Positions 1 through 9,397 of a stretch of 64,000 nucleotides of DNA are shown in pieces. The position numbers and the translations under genes are program-made. How positions within the stretch are numbered: the stretch's first letter is position 1; each line of letters begins with the position of its first letter. Under the pieces are notes generated by a model, which was not told the DNA's origin, did not search any database, and saw only the letters and a program-made list of their open reading frames with translations. Source of the stretch: Oscillospiraceae bacterium (lineage in GTDB: Bacteria > Bacillota > Clostridia > Oscillospirales > CAG-272). The DNA lies in contig SVSG01000008.1 in NCBI GenBank assembly GCA_015064415.1, positions 13,306-77,305 of the forward strand. Direction: 5' to 3'.

Positions 1-630
1 GGCGTACACGTGTTTTGTGTACTGTTCAAGATATTCGCGCACGGCATCCGTGCCGTATTTTTCACCAAGATAGCGCAGTCCGCGATTGGTCGAGCTGTGG
101 AAGTCGCGGTGGAAGTATTCATTATCTCCCGCACGGCGGTCCATGATCTCGGTGTCCTCGTCAATGATCACCCGCCCGTCAAAAAGCTTGGGATCGGTGA
201 TCAAAATCGAGCAGGCGGCCTTGTCCACGTCGGTGAAATCATAGGTGTAGTCCAGCCCCACCTCGGCTACGGCGGCGCGGTAATGGTCGCAATGCAGGCA
301 GTAGTCGTGATAAGGCGTGATGCCGATGCTGTCCTTCAGCGCGAGAAGGCGTCCTTTGGAGGGGCAGCGGTGCATTTTGATCTTGAAAAAGCCGCGCTTT
401 TCGTTTAAGTACATCGTGAAATCGGCGGCCTCCTCGTTGAGCGACCCCGCCCAGTAGGTGAAGCACCCGCGGATGCCCTCTTTTTTCACGAAATTAACAA
501 GCGGAATGCCTTGGCCGTCCGGCTTGAACAGATACGTCCAGAAGCGGTCGACCTCCGCGCGCCCGTGGTGCTCTTCCAAAAAGCTGAAAAGCTCGCTGTA
601 AGCGGGGATAAATTCGGTACAGGAAATCAT
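1..630 (-). CDS. Cys-rich hypothetical protein, 3' part cut by the window edge; tandem paralog of 633..1571
   Basis: ATG at 630 (cat 628-630), open to position 1. My translation starts MISCTEFIPAYSELFSFL, identical to the neighbouring gene. Shares the HRCPSKGRLL...YHDYCLHC motif. Confidence 0.6.
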   Translation of the reverse strand, partial: MISCTEFIPAYSELFSFLEEHHGRAEVDRFWTYLFKPDGQGIPLVNFVKKEGIRGCFTYWAGSLNEEAADFTMYLNEKRGFFKIKMHRCPSKGRLLALKDSIGITPYHDYCLHCDHYRAAVAEVGLDYTYDFTDVDKAACSILITDPKLFDGRVIIDEDTEIMDRRAGDNEYFHRDFHSSTNRGLRYLGEKYGTDAVREYLEQYTKHVYA

Positions 631-632
631 AA

Positions 633-1571
633 TTACTCCTTTGTAAAGGTATATTTGGCGGCACCCGTCTCTTCGTCATAGGAAAGCATGGTAAAGCCAA
701 GCCCCGCCTCGCGTGCGATGGTCTGCATCACGGCCTCGGTGGAGAGCGGGAACCACTCGCACACCTCGCGTCCCGTCGCGCGCAGGTGGCGCACGGCAGG
801 GCAGTAGGCGACCGTTACGGTCATTTTTGTGCCGTCATTTTTGATGCTCAGCGCGTCTTCGGCCTTCTCCAAAAGGTAGGTGCTTCGGATCAGATCCTCG
901 ATGGCGGCAAATCCGCGCATCTTTGCATTCGCAATGACCTTGGCGTACACGTTTTTGGCATAACGGGTGAGGTAATCTCTCACCACGGCGGTGCCGTGTG
1001 TCTGCCCCACGTAGCAAAGTCCCATATTCATCGAGCTGTGAAAATCGGGGTGAAAATACTCCTGCTCGCTCGACTTGAATACGCGTGTTTCGGTGTTCTC
1101 GTCAAAGATCACGCCGCCCCGGAACACCTTGGGATCGAAAATGAGCGACGAGCAGGCGGTCTCGTCCGCCTTGGGGTAAATTTTATAGCGCTTGAGCCCC
1201 ACCTTCTCAAGGGCAGAGTCATAGCAAGCGCAATGCAGGCAGTAATCGTAATAAGGGGTGATGCCGATCTTTTCCTTGAGCTCCAGCAATCGGCCCTTGG
1301 AGGGGCAATGCTGCATTTTGGAAAGATACCAGCCCGCTTTTTCGTTGAGGTAAAGCTCGCAATCGGAGGCCTCCTCGGAAAGCGTGCCCGACCAGTAGGT
1401 AAGGCATCCTCGGATGCCTTCCTTTTCAATGAAGTTGATCAGCGGAATGCCCTTGCCGTCCGGCTTGAACAAAAAGTACCACAGACGGTCGACCTCATCG
1501 CGCCCGTAGCGCTCGTCAAGAAAAGAGAACAGCTCGCTGTAAGCGGGGATAAATTCGGTACAGGAAATCAT
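633..1571 (-). CDS. Cys-rich two-domain hypothetical protein (312 aa)
   Basis: Complete ORF. Motifs HCPSKGRLLELK...YYDYCLHC in the N-half and YCPAVRHLRATG in the C-half suggest an internal duplication. No family recognised with certainty. Confidence 0.65.
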   Translation of the reverse strand: MISCTEFIPAYSELFSFLDERYGRDEVDRLWYFLFKPDGKGIPLINFIEKEGIRGCLTYWSGTLSEEASDCELYLNEKAGWYLSKMQHCPSKGRLLELKEKIGITPYYDYCLHCACYDSALEKVGLKRYKIYPKADETACSSLIFDPKVFRGGVIFDENTETRVFKSSEQEYFHPDFHSSMNMGLCYVGQTHGTAVVRDYLTRYAKNVYAKVIANAKMRGFAAIEDLIRSTYLLEKAEDALSIKNDGTKMTVTVAYCPAVRHLRATGREVCEWFPLSTEAVMQTIAREAGLGFTMLSYDEETGAAKYTFTKE

Positions 1572-1602
1572 GCAAAACTCCTCCCGTTATGGGGTTAATG
1601 TA

Positions 1603-2061
1603 TCAGATCTTCACTTTGCCGATCGCTTTTTTGACGTGGCAGGGGGCATCCGCGTGACAACCGGGGGCGTGCGCGTCCTCGGGGAAAAGGACGAGGAAAT
1701 CCCCCTTCACAAGTCGCACGGCGCAACAATCCGCATCCGTGTCGGCAAGCAACGCGTCAATGTTGGGATCGTAGGGTCTGGTGACGTTTTGGAGCGCATC
1801 GGTGCGCTTGACGTAAACCGTTTCGCATCCGTCTATCATTACCATCACGTCAAGGTAAGCGCGGTGTGCCTCGGTGAGGGCACCTGTCATTTCGTGGGTG
1901 TCATATTCCGCGCAGTTGAGGTATACGTCATCACCTTCCACGTCCATGCGCCCCGTTTGGTAGGTGGCGGCGTGAAGTGTCTCGGCGGCCTTGACGGCCT
2001 TGACGATGCCCGCGTTGATCGCGGCGTAGCGCGACACGTTTTCCAATTTATCTAAAATCAT
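1603..2061 (-). CDS. YhcH/YjgK/YiaL (DUF386) family protein
   Basis: 152 aa. N-terminus MILDKLENVSRY, then EAHRAYLDVMVMIDGCE and FLVLFPEDAHAPG, typical of this beta-sandwich family. Sits next to a NanA/DapA-like aldolase, as in sugar-acid catabolic loci. Confidence 0.7.
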   Translation of the reverse strand: MILDKLENVSRYAAINAGIVKAVKAAETLHAATYQTGRMDVEGDDVYLNCAEYDTHEMTGALTEAHRAYLDVMVMIDGCETVYVKRTDALQNVTRPYDPNIDALLADTDADCCAVRLVKGDFLVLFPEDAHAPGCHADAPCHVKKAIGKVKI

Positions 2062-2062
2062 T

Positions 2063-2947
2063 TTACGCCTTCAGCTCACCGATGCGGATCATCTCGGCGC
2101 GCACGGTCTCAAGGAGCTCGGGCGTCACGTCGGGGTTGTAGTCGGGGGAGAATTTGCCCTCACAGCCAAGCAGGTTCATGGCGGCGCTAAAGGAGGGCCA
2201 GAGGTTGTGTGCGACAAAGAAATCACGGAACGCGACGATATTGTTCATATGCACGGCGGCGGTCTCGCGGTCGCCCTTGTTCAACGCCTCAAAAAGCATT
2301 TTGGTGTTGTAGGGCGTGCAGGAAAGCATGCCGTCAAGACAATGGTTGATGCCCCAGCCGTAGGATACGTCAAAGGTGTCAAGACCCGAGTATACGGTCA
2401 TGAAATCCTCCGGTACGTCGGGGTTGAGCTTGAGCTTGCGGAACATCTGCGTGTCTGCGGACTTGATGCCGACGAAGTTCGGCACGGTCTCCAACAGCTC
2501 CAGCACCATATCGTAGGTGATCTTTGCCTGCGTCACGGGGGGCAGATCGTAGATCATAAAGCCGTGCTTGGTGGCGGCGGCCACGGCGCGGAAATAGCTC
2601 ATCATCTGCGCGCGGTTGCACACGCTGTAATAGGGGGCGGTGAACACGAACGCGGTGATGTCAAGGTCCTCCATCTTGGCCATGCGGGCCTTGGCGCGTG
2701 CGATCGAGGTGTCCATCGCGCCCACAAACACGGGCACGCGGCCTGCGGCGGCCTCCACGGCGGCCTTTGCCACGTCGCGGTATACGTCCTCACGGATGAA
2801 GGCCTGCTGACCCATGGAGCCCATGCAAAGCAGCCCCACGGCGCCGGCGCCGATCTGCTGCTCGATCTGAGTTTTGAAGCTACTTACGCAAAGCTCGCCG
2901 TCGGCGGTGAGGGGAGTGCCGAGTGCGGGAATAAATCCGGGTTTCAT
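2063..2947 (-). CDS. DapA/NanA-family class I aldolase (dihydrodipicolinate synthase / N-acetylneuraminate lyase-like)
   Basis: 294 aa. IPALGTPLTADGEL N-terminus; Schiff-base lysine context FVGIKSAD; overall DapA-family layout. Confidence 0.8.
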   Translation of the reverse strand: MKPGFIPALGTPLTADGELCVSSFKTQIEQQIGAGAVGLLCMGSMGQQAFIREDVYRDVAKAAVEAAAGRVPVFVGAMDTSIARAKARMAKMEDLDITAFVFTAPYYSVCNRAQMMSYFRAVAAATKHGFMIYDLPPVTQAKITYDMVLELLETVPNFVGIKSADTQMFRKLKLNPDVPEDFMTVYSGLDTFDVSYGWGINHCLDGMLSCTPYNTKMLFEALNKGDRETAAVHMNNIVAFRDFFVAHNLWPSFSAAMNLLGCEGKFSPDYNPDVTPELLETVRAEMIRIGELKA

Positions 2948-3014
2948 AAAAAGTCCTCCAAATATAAATATTTACGGCTTTATTGTAACACAAAAAGCCC
3001 CGCTTGTAAATAGC

Positions 3015-3052
3015 AAAAAGAGACGTATTCCAAGCGAATGCGTCTCTTTTTT
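3015..3052. terminator. Hairpin with A-run and T-run (bidirectional-type terminator)
   Basis: aaaaagagacgtattc-caagc-gaatgcgtctcttttt, between two minus-strand genes. Confidence 0.55.
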
Positions 3053-3054
3053 AT

Positions 3055-4326
3055 TCAGGGAAGATTGACCAGTAGTACGCTTTGCACCTCTCGCTCTTTG
3101 CCGTCGGAGGGGGCGTTTTCTATCTTGAAATCATCTTCGCTCTTCATGACAAAGGTGGTCGAGCCGCCGCCGTCAAGGCAGAGCACCGTCACCACGTCCA
3201 GCTCCAGCTCGGCATAGATCTGGGCAATATCGGCATAGCTGGCACCGGCGGACTGCGCGGAGCGTCCATCCACGCAGACGATCACCACGCTGCCGTCGGC
3301 GCAGACCCCGACGGTGGTGAGGGGGTTAAGCACGGTGGATCTGGCATAGAACTTGCCGTTCTGGATGATCAGCTTGTGGCCGCCCACGGCGAAATTCAGC
3401 TTGCCCTCATAAACGTCGGCATATTTCATCGCGTTGGAAATGACCGCTTCGCCCTCATTCGTTACGCCAAACCACAGGTCCTTGTGGCTGGTGGAGGGAA
3501 CGGGGCGTTGCATGACCGTGCCGTCAATGATGCAGGTGCCGGTGGGCAGATTGGTCTTGTGAATGTCGAAAAAGCCTGCGTTGACGGCGATTGCCACGTT
3601 TTTGCCGCCCTGCGTTGCCGTTTTTGCCTGCGCGGAGGTGGTGGCCACCTCGCCCGCGGGCGGCGCGGTCAAGGCAAGATAAGGAACAAGCGCCGGGGAG
3701 ATCACCGCGATGTAAACGTCCAGATTGTCGCCGTCGGCGCGCGTGTAATTGCGACGAATGTAGGAAAGCCCGTCGGCAAGCGCCGTTGTTTCGGAGCCGT
3801 CAAGCACCAATTCCGCCGCAAGATCCTCCTCCTGCCAGACGTAATGGAAAAGCGGCTCCTCGATCACGGTTTTCTTTTCCAGATACTCCAGCACAAAGCG
3901 ATTGACGGCAGAGAAGGCGTTTTGGGCGGTATCCGCGCTCAGGTACACGTGCTGATTGCCACCCGACATCTCTTTGGCGGAAATGCCGTAGCGGATCCCA
4001 TAAGAGAGGGGGCCGAAATTCCCCACAAAAATCACGTTTTCTCCACCCGTTAGGGCACTTTCTTCCAAAACGGGGAGGTCAAAGCCGAAGGATTTGGCAA
4101 TCTCCTCTTTCAGGTATGCGGCGCTGTTTTTCGCTTCAAGATCGCACACAATGACAAAGCTTTCCAGCGCGGCGCCGTTGAGCGTCGGGGCAGCAGGCGG
4201 CGTGCTCCCGTCGGTTGTCCCGCCTCCTCCGTGATTCGAAGAGGGCGGTGCGGGGGTGTCACACCCGCTAAGGGCGGCAAGCAACAAGGTGAAGATCAAA
4301 CAGAAACACAAAAGGTGTTTTTTCAT
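3055..4326 (-). CDS. Phosphodiester glycosidase family lipoprotein (DUF2233-like)
   Basis: Signal peptide with lipobox LAALSGC. C-terminal FFDIHKT...CLDGGGSTTFV is typical of the family. ATG at 4326 lies 6 nt after AGGAG; the track start at 4329 is a GTG one codon upstream. Confidence 0.65.
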   Translation of the reverse strand: MKKHLLCFCLIFTLLLAALSGCDTPAPPSSNHGGGGTTDGSTPPAAPTLNGAALESFVIVCDLEAKNSAAYLKEEIAKSFGFDLPVLEESALTGGENVIFVGNFGPLSYGIRYGISAKEMSGGNQHVYLSADTAQNAFSAVNRFVLEYLEKKTVIEEPLFHYVWQEEDLAAELVLDGSETTALADGLSYIRRNYTRADGDNLDVYIAVISPALVPYLALTAPPAGEVATTSAQAKTATQGGKNVAIAVNAGFFDIHKTNLPTGTCIIDGTVMQRPVPSTSHKDLWFGVTNEGEAVISNAMKYADVYEGKLNFAVGGHKLIIQNGKFYARSTVLNPLTTVGVCADGSVVIVCVDGRSAQSAGASYADIAQIYAELELDVVTVLCLDGGGSTTFVMKSEDDFKIENAPSDGKEREVQSVLLVNLP

Positions 4327-4393
4327 CACAAGCTCCTTTCAAAAGGGGTGACTTCATTATAACATTTCCTGCCCCCGATGTCAACCGAAAATC

Positions 4394-4422
4394 AAAAAAG
4401 GAGCACAGCGTGCTCCTTTTTT
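4394..4422. terminator. Terminator of the pot operon
   Basis: aaaaaaggagcac-agc-gtgctcctttttt, immediately after the potD stop. Confidence 0.6.
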
Positions 4423-4429
4423 GTTGACA

Positions 4430-5692
4430 TTAATAGATATTGCGTTTCTTGCGACGGACGGCAAAAAAGATGATAAATCCTGTCATGGTGCCAAGAATGA
4501 CGCCGCAGATGGCGTAAATGCCGCCGCTTACGGAAATGTCGGATTTCAGCTCCTCCCACAGGTTGTTCAGCAGCAACAGCTTATCTCCCTTGAGGTTGCG
4601 GTAAGAGGAGGTCTGGACCTCGTTGCCGTCCACGTCCGTGGTGACGTACATTTTTTCGTAGCCGTCATCCTTGATGTCGTTCATGTACGCGACGTACTCC
4701 TCGTCCTCGACCACCAGCTTGTTGGGCGAAGCGTAATAGGTGTACTCCGCGTTGGCGATGGCGGGCTCTGCCGTCAGCATATAGTTGATGTAACGCTCGG
4801 CCACCGTTTTGTTCTGGCTGGAGGCGGGCACGCACATGGCGTCCACGTAAAGGTTGGTGCCCTCGCGCGGGTAATAAAACTCCAGATCCTCGTTGTTTTC
4901 ATACATCGTGAGGTAGTCGCCCGCGTAATATGCCGCGATCGCCGCGGAGCCGTTTTCCATCTTGTTATAGATCTCGTCCATAACGTAGCCCTGCAGGATC
5001 GGCTTTTGCTTTTTCAGCTCCTCCAGCGCTTGGCGCCAGATCGCCTCGTCATCCGTGTTGATCTGATCCCAAAGGCCGAGGTTATACATCGCGGAGCCAA
5101 AGGCGTCGCGGGAGTTGTTGAATTGCAGGATATTGCCCTCGTACTTCTCGTTCCACATCAGATCCCAGGAGCCGATATCCTCCTCGTCCACCATGGTGGT
5201 GTTGTAGATGATACCGATCATGCCGTACAGATAGGGCACCGAGTAATCGTTGTAGCCGTCACCGTTTTTGTCGGGGTCGTAATCGGCGTTCTGGAAATCG
5301 GGCAGGATGTTGCCGATCTCGGGGATGTTGCCGTAGTCCAGCTTGGCCAGCAGCCCCTCGTCAATGAGGCGCTCGATCATATAATCGGAGGGGACGATGA
5401 CATCGTAATTGACGGAGCCGGAGGAGATCTTTGCATACATCGTCTCGTTGCTGGAGAAGGTGGAGTAATTGACCTTGACGCGCTCGCCGTAGGTCTCGTA
5501 GTACCATTCCTCAAACATATCGTTGACGGGAAGGGTGCCCTCCGAGCCGTCGGAGAGATATTCACCCCAGTTGTAGACGTAAAGTGTGGTGATGCCGCCA
5601 CTTTCGCTGTCACAGGAGGTGAGAGCGGGCAACAGCACCGTGCAAAGAAGCGAAAGGGCCAAAAGGGCGGTGAAAAGACGCTTTTTCATCAT
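4430..5692 (-). CDS. potD: Spermidine/putrescine ABC transporter substrate-binding lipoprotein with an extra C-terminal TM segment
   Basis: MMKKRLF...LPALTSCDS lipobox; LYVYNWGEYL PotD signature. GGAGG lies 6 nt upstream of the ATG at 5692, which overlaps the potC stop (ATGA). C-terminal hydrophobic stretch GGIYAICGVILGTMTGFIIFFAV followed by RRKKR. Confidence 0.8.
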   Translation of the reverse strand: MMKKRLFTALLALSLLCTVLLPALTSCDSESGGITTLYVYNWGEYLSDGSEGTLPVNDMFEEWYYETYGERVKVNYSTFSSNETMYAKISSGSVNYDVIVPSDYMIERLIDEGLLAKLDYGNIPEIGNILPDFQNADYDPDKNGDGYNDYSVPYLYGMIGIIYNTTMVDEEDIGSWDLMWNEKYEGNILQFNNSRDAFGSAMYNLGLWDQINTDDEAIWRQALEELKKQKPILQGYVMDEIYNKMENGSAAIAAYYAGDYLTMYENNEDLEFYYPREGTNLYVDAMCVPASSQNKTVAERYINYMLTAEPAIANAEYTYYASPNKLVVEDEEYVAYMNDIKDDGYEKMYVTTDVDGNEVQTSSYRNLKGDKLLLLNNLWEELKSDISVSGGIYAICGVILGTMTGFIIFFAVRRKKRNIY

Positions 5693-6492
5693 TTCGTTCC
5701 TCCTTTGCCTTTCTTTTTGCCGCCTGCAAAATTGACGGCGATGAGGATCAGCAGGATCGTGAGCACAATGATCGAGCAAAGTGCGTACATGCTGAATTTC
5801 ACGTTATGCGAGGTCTGGTTGTAAACGTAGAGCGGCAGGGTCTGGAAATCGGGGGAGCTGACGAAGTGGCTGATGACGAAATCGTCCAGCGACATCGTAA
5901 AGCCAAGCATCAGTCCCGAAATGATGCCGGGGATGATCTGGGGCAGCTCTACCGAGAAAAAGGCGCGTGCGGGGGTGCAGCCAAGGTCCTGCGCCGCCTC
6001 GGAAAGCGACTTATCCAGCTGCTTGAAGCGGGGCATGACGGAAAGCAGGACGTAGGGCAGGTTAAAGGTCACGTGCGCGACCAGCATCGTGCCGAAGCCA
6101 AAAAAGCTTTTGGCGTGCAGAATGCCCGCAAGCGTGACGAAAAGCAGCATCATGGAAACACCGGTCACGATGTCGGGGTTCATCATGGGCACGTTGGTCA
6201 TGGAGTTGACTGCCCCCTTGATATAGCGGTTGCGCATGCGGTGAAGACCCAGCGCGCCGAAGGTGCCGATCACCGTGGCAATGAGCGACGAGGAGATGGC
6301 AAGAATGAGCGAGTTCATGAGCGAGGAGAAGGCCTCCTCGTCCAGGAACAGCTCCTCGTACCACGCGGTGGTAAAGCCGGTGAACTCAGCAAGACTGCCC
6401 GCCTCGTTAAAGGAGAACAAAATCAGTACCGCAATGGGGATGTAGAGCAGGAAGAAAATGATGCCGATGTAGCATTTGGAAAGGATTTTCAT
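5689..6492 (-). CDS. potC: Spermidine/putrescine ABC transporter permease
   Basis: 267 aa multi-TM protein with an EAAQDLG permease motif, in an operon with potA/B/D. Confidence 0.85.
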   Translation of the reverse strand: MKILSKCYIGIIFFLLYIPIAVLILFSFNEAGSLAEFTGFTTAWYEELFLDEEAFSSLMNSLILAISSSLIATVIGTFGALGLHRMRNRYIKGAVNSMTNVPMMNPDIVTGVSMMLLFVTLAGILHAKSFFGFGTMLVAHVTFNLPYVLLSVMPRFKQLDKSLSEAAQDLGCTPARAFFSVELPQIIPGIISGLMLGFTMSLDDFVISHFVSSPDFQTLPLYVYNQTSHNVKFSMYALCSIIVLTILLILIAVNFAGGKKKGKGGTK

Positions 6493-7337
6493 TTGGCAGG
6501 CCCTCCTCTCTTCACGGTGGCGACGGGGTCGGTGCCATCGTTGGAAAAGCGGTTCATCACGCCGACGGAGATGAGGATCAGGATCATCATCACAAGCGAG
6601 ATGGCAGCCCCCACGCCGTAGGTGGAGGTGTTCTGGAACAAGCGCTCGATGGTATCACCGACAAGGTCGATCTTGCCGGCGCCCAGCTTTTGCGAGATGT
6701 AGAAGGTGCTGATCGAGGGCACGAACACCATGGTGACGCCGGAAATGACGCCGGAGGCGGTGAGGGGCATAATGACCTTCGTCATGGTTTGCCAGCCGTT
6801 GCAGCCAAGGTCATACGAGGCCTCGATATATCTTTGGTCCAGCTTTGTCATCGACGTGAAGATCGGCAGGACCATATAGGGCAAAAAGTCATAGACCATG
6901 CCGAGAATGACGCCGAAATTGGTGCCGACGATGGGGAGCTTTTCAAGCCCCATGCTCTCCAGCAGGGAGTTGAGCAGACCGCCGTTGTCAAGCAGGGCCA
7001 TCAGGGCATAGGTACGGATCAGGAGATTGCACCACATGGGCAGCATCACCATCACCATCAGGATCCGTTGTGTGCGCGCGGACTGTCTGGACATGAAATA
7101 GGCAAGCGGATAGCCGATCAGAAGACAGACCACGGTGGCGATCAGCGCGAAGGCGATCGAAAGAATAAAGACGTTGCCGTACTGTGCCAGCTCAGCGATG
7201 TTGGAAAAGGAAAAGCTGCCGTCGTTTCCGCGGAAGGCAAAGCCAAGCACGAAAAGCAACGGGGCCACGATGAACATGACCACCCAGACGCTGTGGGGCA
7301 CGGCGGCAAATTTCTGAAACGCGTTCTTGCCCCTCAT
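6489..7337 (-). CDS. potB: Spermidine/putrescine ABC transporter permease
   Basis: 282 aa multi-TM protein with an EASYDLG permease motif. 4-nt overlaps with both neighbours. Confidence 0.85.
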   Translation of the reverse strand: MRGKNAFQKFAAVPHSVWVVMFIVAPLLFVLGFAFRGNDGSFSFSNIAELAQYGNVFILSIAFALIATVVCLLIGYPLAYFMSRQSARTQRILMVMVMLPMWCNLLIRTYALMALLDNGGLLNSLLESMGLEKLPIVGTNFGVILGMVYDFLPYMVLPIFTSMTKLDQRYIEASYDLGCNGWQTMTKVIMPLTASGVISGVTMVFVPSISTFYISQKLGAGKIDLVGDTIERLFQNTSTYGVGAAISLVMMILILISVGVMNRFSNDGTDPVATVKRGGPAK

Positions 7338-8461
7338 TCTGCCTCTTCCTCCTCGGGATCACCCAGATGATCCATCTCGTCGCTGAAGGTGGAATAGTCA
7401 CCGAACTTGCCCGAATACTCGGACTTTTTCATGACGTGGATGGCCTCCGGCTCGATGTAAAGGCCGATCAGACTGTTCTCAGCCACAAAGTCGGAGGTCT
7501 CCAGCATCCATTTGAAGCCGTCCACGTCCACGATGATCTCGTAATAATCCCCCTTGAAGGTGACGGAGGTCACGTAGCCCTGGCACATGCCCTTTTCGAC
7601 GGGAACCACGTCCACGTCCTCGGGGCGGATGACCACGTCCACGGGCTCGTTTTTCTGGAAGCCGCCATCCACACATTCAAAGGTGTGGCGGGCAAAGCGC
7701 ACCTTCCGGTCCTCCAGCATCACGCCGTCCACGATGTTGGACTCGCCGATAAAGTCGGCGACGAAGGCGTTCTGCGGCTCGTTATAAATATCGGTCGGCG
7801 TGCCGATCTGCTGGATCTTGCCGTCCGCCATGACCACGATGGTGTCGGACATGGTCAGCGCCTCCTCCTGGTCGTGCGTGACGTAGATGAAGGTGATGCC
7901 GGTCTGCTTCTGAATGCCGCGCAGCTCCTTTTGCATATCCTTGCGCAGCTTGAGGTCAAGCGCACCAAGGGGCTCGTCCAGAAGCAGGACGCGGGGCTTG
8001 TTGATGAGCGCGCGCGCAATGGCAACACGCTGCTGCTGACCGCCCGAAAGGGTGGAGATATGGCGCTTTTCAAAGCCCTTGAGGTTGACCATTTTCAGCA
8101 TATTCTCTACTTGCTCGCGGATGCTTTCCTCCGTGATGCGCGGCTTCTTGAGGCGAAGGCCAAAGGCCACGTTCTCATATACGTTCAAATGGGGGAAAAG
8201 GGCATATTTCTGAAAAACGGTGTTGACCTGACGTTGATAGGGCGGCACGTCGTTGATACGTTTGCCGTCAAAGGTTACATCGCCCGTGTCGGGTGTTTCA
8301 AAACCGCCGATGATACGAAGCGTGGTGGTTTTTCCGCATCCGGAGGGGCCAAGCAGAGTGATAAACTCCTCGTCGTGGATGTCCAGATCGATGCCGCACA
8401 AAATCTGCTCGCCATCGAAAGATTTACTGATGGACCTCAGCTCGATAAGCGTGTTGTTCAT
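7334..8461 (-). CDS. potA: Spermidine/putrescine ABC transporter ATP-binding protein
   Basis: Walker [10 protein letters not shown], signature [15 protein letters not shown], Walker B LLLDEP, C-terminal TOBE-like domain. Start chosen at MNNTLIEL (8461); alternative starts at 8470 and 8497. Confidence 0.85.
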   Translation of the reverse strand: MNNTLIELRSISKSFDGEQILCGIDLDIHDEEFITLLGPSGCGKTTTLRIIGGFETPDTGDVTFDGKRINDVPPYQRQVNTVFQKYALFPHLNVYENVAFGLRLKKPRITEESIREQVENMLKMVNLKGFEKRHISTLSGGQQQRVAIARALINKPRVLLLDEPLGALDLKLRKDMQKELRGIQKQTGITFIYVTHDQEEALTMSDTIVVMADGKIQQIGTPTDIYNEPQNAFVADFIGESNIVDGVMLEDRKVRFARHTFECVDGGFQKNEPVDVVIRPEDVDVVPVEKGMCQGYVTSVTFKGDYYEIIVDVDGFKWMLETSDFVAENSLIGLYIEPEAIHVMKKSEYSGKFGDYSTFSDEMDHLGDPEEEEAE

Positions 8462-8696
8462 TCCGCACATAACTCCTTCGAAACAAGAACTTCGCATTTT
8501 GCGCGCGCACGAGACGCGCGTACATCGCGATACACGTTATTGTAGCAGAAAGTGTCGCAAAATGCAATAGTTTTTATAAAAAAAGTGGAAATATCCGCGA
8601 TTTGGCACGATTTTCGGGCAAAATTCCGTATTTTTCCCGATTTTTTTGCCAAAATCGCGCGCTTCCTTCAATATTCTTTGAAATCCTCTCAAATCC

Positions 8697-9287
8697 TCAG
8701 TTTATTTTGCGTCTGTCCCCGTGGCGCTCCTCGCCAAGAAAGGTGCGGGCAAAAAGCGAGGCGGAAAGCACGGTCAGCGTCACGCTTTCCCCATGGCGCA
8801 AAAGCAGGGTCGCAGAAAAGCAAAACAGCGCGAAAAGCGAGAGGTAGGAGCAGACGAGGAGCACGCGCGCGGCGCGTGCCTCTTCCAAAAGCGGCGTGAG
8901 AGTGCCGCCAAGCACGCGCCAACCGTCAAAGCCGCATACGGGCAAAAGATTGAAGAGCCCGAGCGAGAGGGTGGAGGCAAGTAACGCGCGCAAAAAAAGG
9001 TTGGAAAAAGGGAAGAGCAGGGCGGCAAGCAAAAGCGAGGCGGCGGGCCCCGCCGCCGCTAACAGTACCTCCGCACGGTAGGAGGGGAGCGCCCCTTGCG
9101 GCAGGATGCGCGCGCCGGGTACGTCCAGCTCCAACAGGCGCAACCGAATGCCGAGCAATTTTGCCGCAAGCAGGTGCCCGCACTCGTGGATCGCGGCGGC
9201 GATCACCGTGGCGGGAAAAAGCGGGTCGCGGCTGAGCAGCATGGCGGAAAACAGCAACACCGCCCCCGGGGTTATTCTGATCTTCAT
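8697..9287 (-). CDS. M50 (site-2 protease / SpoIVFB-like) membrane metalloprotease
   Basis: HECGHLLAAKLLG (HExxH) within a TM protein. GAGGTG lies 6 nt upstream of the ATG at 9287. Confidence 0.7.
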   Translation of the reverse strand: MKIRITPGAVLLFSAMLLSRDPLFPATVIAAAIHECGHLLAAKLLGIRLRLLELDVPGARILPQGALPSYRAEVLLAAAGPAASLLLAALLFPFSNLFLRALLASTLSLGLFNLLPVCGFDGWRVLGGTLTPLLEEARAARVLLVCSYLSLFALFCFSATLLLRHGESVTLTVLSASLFARTFLGEERHGDRRKIN

Positions 9288-9397
9288 CTCATCACCTCGC
9301 CAAACCTTATGCAAAAACAGCTTGTCACGTGCAATTTTGCAAAAAAGTCTATGCAAACGTAAAAAATTATGTTAAAATGATAAAAAGGAGGGGACGT

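Noticed and set aside
4421-5824. Long plus-strand ORF (467 aa) antisense to potD/potC. Similar long antisense ORFs: 7367..8545, 3082..4053, 35935..36786, 41859..43160, 44553..45368, 45822..46784, 49163..50923, 53629..55239, 55356..56615, 57169..58107, 57521..58702, 58955..60622, 60849..62258, 62345..63745.
   Set aside because: Their translations are low-complexity and rich in R, H, G, V and A, typical of shadow ORFs in GC-rich coding DNA. They lack an RBS. The opposite strand encodes proteins with clear family motifs.
8498-8696. Small ORFs (8458..8652, 8552..8899, 8602..8847) in the M50-potA intergenic region.
   Set aside because: The region is T/A-rich low-complexity sequence with no RBS. 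The products are implausible (Arg/Lys/Phe-rich) and overlap the probable pot promoter region and the 3' end of the M50 gene.
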